14,786 nt of DNA. Origin: Pseudobacteriovorax sp. GTDB lineage: Bacteria > Bdellovibrionota_B > Oligoflexia > Oligoflexales > Oligoflexaceae. The notes below the pieces were generated by a model. The model ran no database searches. It saw only the letters and a list, made by a program, of their open reading frames with translations, and was not told the DNA's origin. The position numbers and the translations under genes were made by a program. The stretch covers positions 1 through 14,786 of the forward strand of contig JBNKNM010000134.1 of NCBI GenBank assembly GCA_050293845.1. Reading direction: 5' to 3'. Shown one piece after another: positions 1-7,373 of the stretch. The first letter of the stretch is position 1. The number at the start of each line of letters is the position of its first letter.

Positions 1-87
1 AAAATACTTTCTTGCTAGTGGTCTGGTCAACTAGTCTCCCTTGCGAGTCACCTCACAAGCCCCCTCCTTTAGGTGGGTGTAATTGAC
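1..87 (-). ncRNA. 5' scaffold of an IscB/IsrB-type omegaRNA (HEARO-like) / IS200-IS605 element end; runs off the left edge of the window
   Basis: Minus strand reads GTCAATTACACCCACCTAAAGGAGGGGGCTTGTGAGGTGACTCGCAAGGGAGACTAGTTGACCAGAC. GTCAATTA (87-80) pairs with TAGTTGAC (33-26) and encloses a CCCACC-TAAA-GGAGGG hairpin and a CTTGTGAG-GTGA-CTCGCAAG hairpin, followed by CAGAC. This matches the recalled GTCAACTACCCC..TAAA..GGGGCTTG...GTTGACCAGAC pattern at the start of IscB loci. Confidence 0.8.
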
Positions 88-166
88 ATGGAGCTATTCC
101 TTCATGAATTAAAAATCTATGGCATACAGTTAACTAAATTTATCACCTCCTATATAAGGGATTAGT

Positions 167-237
167 ATAGGAAAATTTCTATCTATTTTGTAAGGATTAT
201 CCGATAGAGTTGTTGTGGTATATAGGAAATATCCTAT
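167..237. promoter_or_regulatory. Pair of palindromic operator sites upstream of a decayed TA operon
   Basis: ATAGGAAAATTTCTAT (167-182) and ATAGGAAATATCCTAT (222-237) are near-identical 16-bp palindromes 55 bp apart. A degenerate GGATTATCC copy lies between them, and AGGAGG follows at 249-254. Confidence 0.55.
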
Positions 238-259
238 TTGATTGTTTTAGGAGGATATT

Positions 260-428
260 CTGGACAGGATAAAAAGGCGTCGATGGTTGGGTGATTCTAG
301 AGAGGTGCTTAAGAGCTTCCAGAGCGAAGAATCAAAGTGAAATCTACCGAGCAATTTATATAACATTGTAAAAGGCAAGATTTATGTTCGGCACTGTTTT
401 CAAAAGAAAAGCTCCAAGACATCAAACA
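260..428 (+). pseudogene. RelE/ParE-superfamily (Gp49/DUF891-like) toxin, internally deleted and frameshifted
   Basis: After RBS AGGAGG comes (L)DRIKRRRWLGDSREVLKSF, then in other frames EIYRAIYIT and IVKGKIYVRHCFQKKSSKTS. These match the W.G.S...L..F and YRVIY...IYVLHAFQKK..KT motifs of this family; the middle section is missing. Confidence 0.75.
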
Positions 429-529
429 CTGGAACCAGTTGTTGTCGCAGATGCGGCGATGTCGGATCTAGATGAGCATTTCCTTCTTTGATGGAAGAGC
501 ATAAAGAGACCATGGATCTTCTCAAATGA
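429..529 (+). pseudogene. C-terminal fragment of a Doc-associated (AbrB/MazE- or Phd-type) antitoxin
   Basis: LEPVVVADAAMSDLDEHF / (frameshift) SLMEEHKETMDLLK*. Its TGA (527-529) overlaps the ATG (526-528) of the Doc-like fragment in an ATGA coupling typical of TA pairs. Confidence 0.5.
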
Positions 530-660
530 TAATAAAATTAGTTTAGAAAGAGCTAGTCATCGAGATTAATCGCACGTTTGTGCTTTCAAGGTGGGAACCC
601 ACACTGAGTGCTAAAACCGAGCGCAATGGCAAGTGCTATTCATACTGCTTATAGGTACCC
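526..660 (+). pseudogene. doc: N-terminal fragment of a death-on-curing (Doc/Fic) family toxin
   Basis: MIIKLV*KELVIEINR / (frameshift) LCFQGGNPH*VLKPSAMASAIHTAY resembles Doc N-termini (L..E.VI.IH......GG..GV.....LESA...). It has two internal stops and the Fic HPF.DGNKR motif is absent. Confidence 0.55.
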
Positions 661-686
661 TCATCATCAGTGTATTCTGAAGGGAT

Positions 687-845
687 TTTGACTATGAGCA
701 AGATAAAAGCCATAAACTACATTCTGCGAACATTCTTGGATGCAGTGAGCAGCAGTTTGTGCACCTTGCTTTACAAGGCTTGCTAGATCGTTATGAGCTT
801 CCCTATTCAGTTGAGGTGACAAAGACTAACACTAAAAGGGCATAA
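687..845 (+). pseudogene. C-terminal fragment of an XRE/HTH (HigA-like) antitoxin or regulator
   Basis: ..SANILGCSEQQFVHLALQGLLDRYELPYSVEVTK..* resembles the A.ILGYSE.QFVRLALQD.L.R.GL...VEV tail of small XRE proteins. No start codon or intact HTH is present. Confidence 0.55.
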
Positions 846-980
846 TGTTTCATGTGTTTTTTTTGATCATTTTGAGAAAATAACAGCAATAACTTTAAAT
901 AGTTTGTGGTGGAAGTGGTATAGGTCCTATAACTATCCAAAATCACCAAACCTAACCACCAAAAAATGTCCTACAAAGTA

Positions 981-1295
981 CTACAGCCGTTGGCTTTTGG
1001 GTTCTAAATCATACATTTCAAAAGTATCAATAATTGAAGACATATCTATTCCTTTTCCGTGGTCTTTCTTTCCCTTTTCGGTTTCTAACCAGTCATAAAG
1101 CGACTCCTTTTTGTCGAAGGTGACCCATACAACAACTGTATTTCTGCCTCTGTCGACACTTACCTGGCGAGCCAGCATGCCATCTACATGCCCTTCCATC
1201 TTCTCACTTGGTTCACTTGCTAATTTGATTAGGTCATCCAATTTTCCAGGCTTTGCTGTTGAGACACTTACAAATGTATAACCAGGTTTTTTCAT
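981..1295 (-). CDS. Antibiotic biosynthesis monooxygenase (ABM)-like dimeric alpha+beta barrel protein
   Basis: 104 aa with RBS AAGGAG. The pattern F.SVSTAKPGKLDDL...E....VDGMLARQV......VVVWVTFDKKESL..W is typical of ABM barrels. Confidence 0.75.
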   Translation of the reverse strand: MKKPGYTFVSVSTAKPGKLDDLIKLASEPSEKMEGHVDGMLARQVSVDRGRNTVVVWVTFDKKESLYDWLETEKGKKDHGKGIDMSSIIDTFEMYDLEPKSQRL

Positions 1296-1314
1296 AGTAT
1301 TACTCCTTGTGCTA

Positions 1315-1914
1315 TTATAATCTTTTTAAAACACCGTTAAAAAAAATATAAGAAAGTTGATTTGATCTTTCTGTGACGTCAGGTAATATTTCTACAAAAT
1401 CAGAGTCGGCCTCAAGTTGATGCAGCTTCTTGAGAAGACAAAGGGCAAAATTAATATTGACTTCCTTACTGACCTCTCCAGTTTTTTGACCTAAGCGAAT
1501 GGACTTTGTTAAGTTTCTCTCGAAATTGACAAACACTTTACTTAAACATTGGCTAATTTCCTCGGATACGGACATGGTTTCTGATAAAAAATCGTAACCA
1601 ATTTCATCCATAAATTGATCATGAAGTGCCAATAGTTCCTCAACCTTTTCTTTAACCCCATGACTTTTAAGGCAAGATTCACTGATATTGAATTTGATTT
1701 CTTTTGCTGTTTTGGAGATGATTAGTTTTGCGATGCTCGCCTTGTCCTCGAAAGCTTTGTAGAAAGTAGTTTTACTTACGCAGGCTTCCTTGCAAATTTC
1801 CTGAATAGAAACCTTTTTGTAACCATATTTCCTAAAAAGATCGCTGGCAGCCTTAATTATTGTTAATTTTTTCTGTTCTTTTATCGCATCCATATAGTGA
1901 TACCTATAATTCAT
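1315..1914 (-). CDS. TetR/AcrR family transcriptional regulator (true start may be ATG at 1893)
   Basis: N-terminal IIKAASDLFRKYGYKKVSIQEICKEACVSKTTFYKAFEDK is a TetR HTH; ~195 aa; 19 bp upstream of the ABM gene on the same strand. Confidence 0.92.
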   Translation of the reverse strand: MNYRYHYMDAIKEQKKLTIIKAASDLFRKYGYKKVSIQEICKEACVSKTTFYKAFEDKASIAKLIISKTAKEIKFNISESCLKSHGVKEKVEELLALHDQFMDEIGYDFLSETMSVSEEISQCLSKVFVNFERNLTKSIRLGQKTGEVSKEVNINFALCLLKKLHQLEADSDFVEILPDVTERSNQLSYIFFNGVLKRL

Positions 1915-1918
1915 AAAC

Positions 1919-1945
1919 TGAACTTATTTTGTTCATAATATTATA
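1919..1945 (-). promoter_or_regulatory. Putative TetR auto-operator and -10 box
   Basis: Inverted repeat TGAAC-N7-GTTCA (1919-1935) lies directly upstream of tetR, with TATAAT on the minus strand at 1945-1940. No convincing -35. Confidence 0.45.
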
Positions 1946-1995
1946 TATCGTCCATTTTTGAAATTACATAAGCAAAAATTAAACTGTATTTAATT

Positions 1996-2145
1996 AGAGG
2001 TTTACGAATTAAGCCTGAGCTTGCAGTTATTTGACAACGAGGGAAGCGGTGGATGCAGCAGTGATTTCATAATTCACTGTTTTCCCGAGATTTTATTTCG
2101 AAGAGTATTACAAGGAAGGAGCTACAAGTTCTTTTCAATCAATAG
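1996..2145 (+). pseudogene. Possible collapsed receiver-domain remnant
   Basis: Fragments RGLRIKPELA, REAVDAAV and DFISKSITRKELQVLF resemble the A.NGREAVDA and D.FISKPI...EL receiver motifs; the middle is missing. Confidence 0.3.
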
Positions 2146-2311
2146 CTAAAAGTTGAAATCTGTATCGTTATTCGACCAATATTATATGACTCCCCTCTTA
2201 TAGATGGTGGCAACTACAGCTTCTTTTTTGAATGTAAGCCTCCATCCGGATTGAGGTGGTGGAGGCGGTAGCGATGCTATAAGTCACAGTATTTATGAAA
2301 CTCAATTCAAT

Positions 2312-2474
2312 AAAGTACTACAAGGGACTACAATACCTTTTAAATCCCAAGGTAAATTAGCTATTCGTATGCAAAGGTTAATGAGATCGTCGACAGTAAG
2401 AGGGGGGGGGTGAATTCGCGCTCTCCTTTGAGAAAGTGTTTGGGACTTCTGTAGAGATGTGGGTTAGAATGCTT
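2312..2474 (+). pseudogene. higA: HigA-family antitoxin, multiply frameshifted
   Basis: KVLQ...IP.KSQGKLA, then VNEIVDSKRG, a G9 run (2402-2410), then EFALSFEKVFGTSVEMWVRM. Matches HigA INEIVNGKRGITPE.ALRL.K.FGTS.E.W. Confidence 0.75.
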
Positions 2475-2673
2475 GTTGTAATAAATAGAGGACGTGAAAT
2501 GAGTGCTCTGCTCTAGAGTATGCGAAAACCTTCAACGTTATGGTGCCGAAGTTAATTCAGATATCATTACACTACTAGAGAAGGCAGAAAGCTGACTCAA
2601 TAACCTTTTGTTAAATAATTCAGATTATACGAAAAGAATCATTGGGGGCTATACTGTGCTTTGATACTCATTT

Positions 2674-3723
2674 TTATACTAATTTTGTAGATACTTTTGC
2701 TGTATCAGATATTTCGAAATACTTTCGAGTTTTATTGGCAAATGAAACCAGAGACAGCATAACTGGAACTTCAATTAAAACACCCACAACCGTAGCCAAA
2801 GCCGCTCCAGAATTTAATCCAAAAAGGCCAATAGCTACTGCCACAGCCAACTCAAAAAAGTTTGACGTACCAATCATAGCAGCGGGAGCGGCAACATCGT
2901 GGGGAATCTTCCATTTATAGGCCCAAAAATATGCGATAGCAAAAATACCGTAACTTTGAATAACTAGCGGAACTGCGATAAGTAGGACGACTAAAGGTTT
3001 AGCGATTATAGTTGGAGCTTGAAAAGCAAAAAGTAAAATTACCGTTCCTAGCAGGCCAATAATGGCCATGGGTTTCAGATTTGTAAGAAAGGTAGATAGT
3101 CTTCTTTCTCCCAGAGTTATAAGATATTTTCTTGTAACAAAACCAGCAATAAGAGGAATGACCACATAGAGAACAACAGAAAGGAATAAGGTTTCCCATG
3201 GGACAGCTATTTTATTTATTCCTAATAACATACCTGCGATGGGAGCAAAGGCAATAATCATAATAAGATCATTAATGGAAACCTGGACGAGGGTATAGTT
3301 AGCATCTCCTTTGGTAAGGTGACTCCATACGAAAACCATCGCCGTACATGGTGCAACTCCGAGCAATATCATGCCCGCAATATACTCTTTTGCCGATTCT
3401 GGCGTTACCAGGCCTGAAAAAATGAAGTTGAAAAAAAGTATTCCAAGGGCGGCCATTGTAAATGGCTTTAAGAGCCAGTTGACGACTAAGGTTAGACATA
3501 AGCCCTTTGGTTTTCGTCCAACATCTCTAATTGATGAGAAATCTACTTGAATCATCATAGGATAGATCATAACCCATATCAATAGTGCTACGACCAAATT
3601 AACATTTGCATATTCAAATTTACTAATTAGATGTATAAGATTAGGTGCAATTACACCAATTCCTACACCAATCAGTATACAAAAACCAATCCAGATGCTT
3701 AAAAAGCGTTCGAAAACTCCCAT
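2674..3723 (-). CDS. acr3: ACR3 family arsenite efflux transporter
   Basis: 349-aa hydrophobic protein with [53 protein letters not shown] and [19 protein letters not shown]. Confidence 0.97.
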   Translation of the reverse strand: MGVFERFLSIWIGFCILIGVGIGVIAPNLIHLISKFEYANVNLVVALLIWVMIYPMMIQVDFSSIRDVGRKPKGLCLTLVVNWLLKPFTMAALGILFFNFIFSGLVTPESAKEYIAGMILLGVAPCTAMVFVWSHLTKGDANYTLVQVSINDLIMIIAFAPIAGMLLGINKIAVPWETLFLSVVLYVVIPLIAGFVTRKYLITLGERRLSTFLTNLKPMAIIGLLGTVILLFAFQAPTIIAKPLVVLLIAVPLVIQSYGIFAIAYFWAYKWKIPHDVAAPAAMIGTSNFFELAVAVAIGLFGLNSGAALATVVGVLIEVPVMLSLVSFANKTRKYFEISDTAKVSTKLV

Positions 3724-3791
3724 TTTAAAATTCTCCTATCCGCATCAACTAGATGCACAGCTTGCCGTTTTTAAATTTGCCTCATGCATAG

Positions 3792-4073
3792 TCATATACA
3801 GTTCACCAGCTCTTTAAATTCGTTTAACACTTTTGGATCGACACAATAATAGCGTCGAGGACCGTCTACAGTTCCTCTGATTAGTCCCGATTCTTTTAAA
3901 ATGCGAAGATGTTCCGAAATTGTGGACGGAGCTAGGGGAAGCTGGTCGCTTAGATCACCCGTGATACATGTCTTGTCTTTAACAAGAATCTTTAAAATAC
4001 TCACCCTGGCCGGATGAGCCATAGCTTTACATAATACAGCCATTCTTCGTGAGGATTTTTCAAATTCATTCAA
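3792..4073 (-). CDS. arsR: ArsR/SmtB family metalloregulator
   Basis: KAMAHPARVSIL...CITGDL...LAPSTISEHLRILKESGLIRG winged HTH; TTG start with RBS AAGGAG; directly upstream of acr3. Confidence 0.92.
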   Translation of the reverse strand: MNEFEKSSRRMAVLCKAMAHPARVSILKILVKDKTCITGDLSDQLPLAPSTISEHLRILKESGLIRGTVDGPRRYYCVDPKVLNEFKELVNCI

Positions 4074-4087
4074 GATACCACTCCTTA

Positions 4088-4112
4088 ATTCGTATATCGA
4101 CGAATAACGAAT
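4088..4112. promoter_or_regulatory. Putative ArsR operator
   Basis: Perfect inverted repeat ATTCGT-N6-ACGAAT (4088-4105) plus an extra ACGAAT half-site (4107-4112), immediately upstream of the arsR RBS. Confidence 0.65.
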
Positions 4113-4252
4113 AAAACTTTAGGTGTATAGTTAAATTTGAAAAACTAAATAAAATCAGCACCATATACATTTGTATAGAGAAAAACTTTGAGTTTTCCGG
4201 GGAGTCAGTAGAGATCGTTCTTCAGTGGAGTCTAAAGATCTTCAGCAACCAT

Positions 4253-4318
4253 AATATCCTCGAAGAGATTTTCGGCGAGATTTATGATGGAGATGATGAT
4301 CCAGTATTTGATCATTAA
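4253..4318 (+). pseudogene. Short CBS-domain (HlyC/CorC/CNNM) gene remnant
   Basis: NILEEIFGEIYDGDDD matches the conserved EDILEE(I/L)(V/F)GEI.DE.D motif that ends the CBS pair in HlyC/CorC proteins. Confidence 0.55.
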
Positions 4319-4364
4319 GCTGAGAATTCTATCATCTTATCCTTCCATACTAGATGAAATTTAA

Positions 4365-4544
4365 CTCATTATTGATATTATAACCAAAAGCCACGGCATG
4401 ATTGCGATTGAAAACTTCGGAACACAAAGAATGTCAAAGTCTGCAAAAGGAACTGCTGGTGCAACCGTCCCAAATGCTTTGAAGGATGAAAATCCTGATA
4501 AGAATTCCCCACTATAGCGAATGCTTAGTGGAGGGAGGTTTCAA
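4365..4544 (+). mobile_element. tnpB: IS200/IS605 tnpB remnant: RuvC-II fragment joined to an element right end
   Basis: ITKSHGMIAIENFGTQRMSKSAKGT matches TnpB (ISK.H..I.IEDL....MSKSAKGT). It is followed by AAGAATTCCCCACTATAGCGAATGCTTAGTGGAGGGAGGTTTCAA: a GAAT guide, a subterminal hairpin and terminal TCAA (4541-4544), as in IS605-group right ends. Confidence 0.8.
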
Positions 4545-6238
4545 TTAGTCAGCACGAAATGCAAAGCCGATACGGGAGCAATATTATAAGAGAAGCTGTT
4601 CTCACTAAGCGAAAGTATGCCAGCGTTTTCAATACTGTCTTGTTGCTCCGAGAGCTTATAAACACTGGCACTGCTATATGTTTCAGATGCATCAATAGTA
4701 AATGTGCCGAAAACCTGATTATCGAGGTTCTTATTAATCACTATAATATGTAAATTCCCGCTTTTAGTGTTCTTTGCTGAATATATAGAAGTATTTTCTT
4801 TATCTGTCATTTCTGATTTAACGCTAAGATCACCAAATGTAGAATTTGCACCGTCATAGTTCCTAAAAAGCTGATATGCAAGAGTGATAAACTTAGATTC
4901 TGCATTGAAGTCCCAAATAGATGCAGCATACACATTGTATTTTCCGAAAATACCTAAGACATCGGCCTGAGCAATGCCGCCTGTAATATCATGACCTCCC
5001 CCATAGTTAAATTCTGTAAAAGCTAACTTTGTACCGGGATAAAAATCTTGAATGGATTGTGTCACTTTCGGGATAAGAGGAAGGTAGTCAGAAAAATACT
5101 TTGCAATCCAACTGTTCTCTTGATATTCAGGATCCCACAGCGAACGCGGAGCTTGCAGTCTAGCTATTCTATCTTGACGCGAGTTTGCTGAGGAACTTGT
5201 GATACGTGCATCACCCGTAGCTTCTGGGTACCAGTGAAGATCTAAAACATCCAAGAGCCTAGTGCCACTATTGTTCTCGGCTAGTTTCATTCTATCAAGA
5301 TAATAGTCAATAAACCAAGAATACTTGTTCTTTAAATCATCGGACCAATCTGGTGCCTCTTGCAAATTAAGATAAGCTGAAAAGCCATATAATGCTGGGC
5401 CGTAAATCAGGCAACTCGGATCAACATCTTTGATTGCCGCAGCTGTAGCTAGTGATTTATCGGTTAATTCCTGTACCTGTACTTTACTAGGATGAATTCT
5501 CGGATGCGTATCAGCCCAAAGCCCCGGTTCGTTATCGAGAGAATATGCTAATATCCCACCTTCGTTCGCATAGCCGTAAGTATTCACCATGAGATTCACA
5601 AATTCATTGATATAAACAGCATTATCACTGAGATCTGGATTTAAGGAGAAGGTAGCTTTATCCTTAGCCGGATAAATTGGTATCCAGCGAGAAGAAGGAG
5701 CTGTTTCTGATTCAAAAACTTCTCCGTTTCCATCGGCAGCAACATATCCTGCTAATGGTACTGTTAATAATACCTGCGCACCCCAATCAACAGCATGATC
5801 CATGAGAAATCGATTTGATAAAGCAGGTTCACTTCCATCACTACCTTCTGGAATCAAATACCCATCATTCGAGTGATACCAGTCACTACCGGCACTGGAC
5901 CAATTGTTTTCCCAGTTATAGCCGGTAAGGCGATTCCCCCCCAATCTAAAGAAATTAAAGTTTTGCTCACTATTTATAGTACTATTAGTACCATAAATCA
6001 GTGGGCTGATCGGATGATTATCCTGACCTGGTTCGATAGTAAAGGAGACCTCCAAATTCTGGAGATTGCCGGTATCGCTGGAATCTTTATCGATATGATC
6101 TTTGGATTTGCCACTAATGCAAGCAGCTGAAAACACAGTAATAAAAATGAAATACATTTTAATCAAAATAATACGCCCTATCCCATACTTCAAACTAGTA
6201 ATTATGTTTAGTTTACGATTATCATCGGTATCTTGCAT
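4541..6238 (-). CDS. Glycoside hydrolase family 44 endoglucanase/xyloglucanase, probably a lipoprotein (start may be ATG at 6157)
   Basis: RLGGNRLTGYNWENNWSSAGSDW, YSLDNEPGLWADTHPRIHP (acid/base Glu), RLLDVLDLHWYPE and PGTKLAFTEFNYGG (nucleophile Glu). Hydrophobic stretch ending FSAAC followed by a polar linker. Confidence 0.93.
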   Translation of the reverse strand: MQDTDDNRKLNIITSLKYGIGRIILIKMYFIFITVFSAACISGKSKDHIDKDSSDTGNLQNLEVSFTIEPGQDNHPISPLIYGTNSTINSEQNFNFFRLGGNRLTGYNWENNWSSAGSDWYHSNDGYLIPEGSDGSEPALSNRFLMDHAVDWGAQVLLTVPLAGYVAADGNGEVFESETAPSSRWIPIYPAKDKATFSLNPDLSDNAVYINEFVNLMVNTYGYANEGGILAYSLDNEPGLWADTHPRIHPSKVQVQELTDKSLATAAAIKDVDPSCLIYGPALYGFSAYLNLQEAPDWSDDLKNKYSWFIDYYLDRMKLAENNSGTRLLDVLDLHWYPEATGDARITSSSANSRQDRIARLQAPRSLWDPEYQENSWIAKYFSDYLPLIPKVTQSIQDFYPGTKLAFTEFNYGGGHDITGGIAQADVLGIFGKYNVYAASIWDFNAESKFITLAYQLFRNYDGANSTFGDLSVKSEMTDKENTSIYSAKNTKSGNLHIIVINKNLDNQVFGTFTIDASETYSSASVYKLSEQQDSIENAGILSLSENSFSYNIAPVSALHFVLTN

Positions 6239-6610
6239 GAAGTATCTTTGTAAGAATTATATTTAGCTAAAATAACAATTTTTATAAGAAATATTTAAGT
6301 GAAATATTACATATTATGGAAAAAATCAATTTTTACGTCTTAATGAATACGACAAAATCATTGAAAGACCGAGTATAGAGCTAAGAAACTGTTTTAATAG
6401 CATAGGGGTGAATACTGTTTCATATTGCAGCGACTTACCCTTTGATTGTGCATATTTTTCAAAGGGCCTTGTACACCTATATGAGCTAACATGGGAGAGT
6501 TGCTAGCTTAAAGGGATCACATATAACTGGCACATTGCTTACCTTGCAAGGTCACCTAAATAGTACGGATTTGGAGCCTGCGGCCCATTTAACGGGCCAA
6601 GTCATTCCTT

Positions 6611-6910
6611 ATTATTTCTGTAGCAGATTTTTCTCCAGAGCAAGCTCCTTCTGAACTCGTCGTTGAAAGCCTTATGAAAAGCTTATCATCTTAGAAGGGA
6701 AGGAGGGTTCTTATTTTTGACAGAGAGGGACCATTAGACTTTAATGATTTTCAGAAAGTGGAAAGCTACCTAAATCAATTTAATCCAAGAGGAAATTGGA
6801 CTGGGGCTGATTTTTTTGCACTTGCCAATTACACCTTAATAAAAAGGGATATACTCTTTTGCTTATCGCTTATATTGGAACTACATTCATAGGCTTCCTC
6901 ATCCTTCATT
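6611..6910 (+). pseudogene. Internal fragment of an MMPL/RND-like exporter gene
   Basis: One frame with a single in-frame TAG (6692-6694) reads ...WTGADFFALANYTLIKRDILFLLIAYIGTTFIGFLILHF, resembling the MMPL TG...F......IK.D + TM helix motif. Confidence 0.45.
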
Positions 6911-7373
6911 TTTCTGTAATTCTCCTTGAGCATCCTGCGTTAGACCTAATCACCATTGATGTGTCCGAAAAAGGGTGGGCTGCGAGGTGCGAGCAGAAGA
7001 TCCTAAGTTGCGCCTGATCTTTACGAAAATACCGTTATCCTATGGCAGCACCTTGTCTAATCATGCTGCGAGGGACCCGCTAACTCAAGGGGTTGAAGAG
7101 ATTCCCAAGCAACAACGACACTGGATCGCAGTTCCCTCACGGACGTTAAACTTATCAGAAACATGTAAATTTCTTAATAGCTACTGGATGGTACCCTCAA
7201 GGAAGTCTAATATCTCATGGCAGTAGTGGTCATCTGATCCAGGTAATGCAACGGCGCAATATCCCCGTATCTCAAGTTTATTGATAATCAAATACCACAA
7301 ACCCCACAGGAAGAAAATTTTGTTGATCTGGGTTTGGCAGAAGTAGAGGGCTGCTGGATGGCCCTCCCTGCTT

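Noticed and set aside
904..1098. 64-aa plus-strand ORF
   Set aside because: Antisense overlap with the ABM-like gene, no RBS, no recognisable motif.
2237..2266. GCCTCCA...TGGAGGC hairpin as another IS200/IS605 end
   Set aside because: No TCAA/TCAC terminus or adjacent transposase debris; cannot be supported.
2500..2596. VCENLQRYGAEVNSDIITLLEKAES as an Hpt-domain fragment
   Set aside because: Too short, and the conserved His motif is not visible.
2642..3499. ORFs 2642..2920, 2999..3199 and 3299..3499
   Set aside because: Shadow or alternate-frame ORFs of acr3.
4559..6130. ORFs 4559..4753 and 5873..6130
   Set aside because: Antisense shadows of the GH44 gene.
6342..6506. NEYDKIIERPSIELRNCFNSIGVNTV as an RNA polymerase alpha-CTD-like fragment
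   Set aside because: Only a faint resemblance, with no start codon and no G.KS motif.
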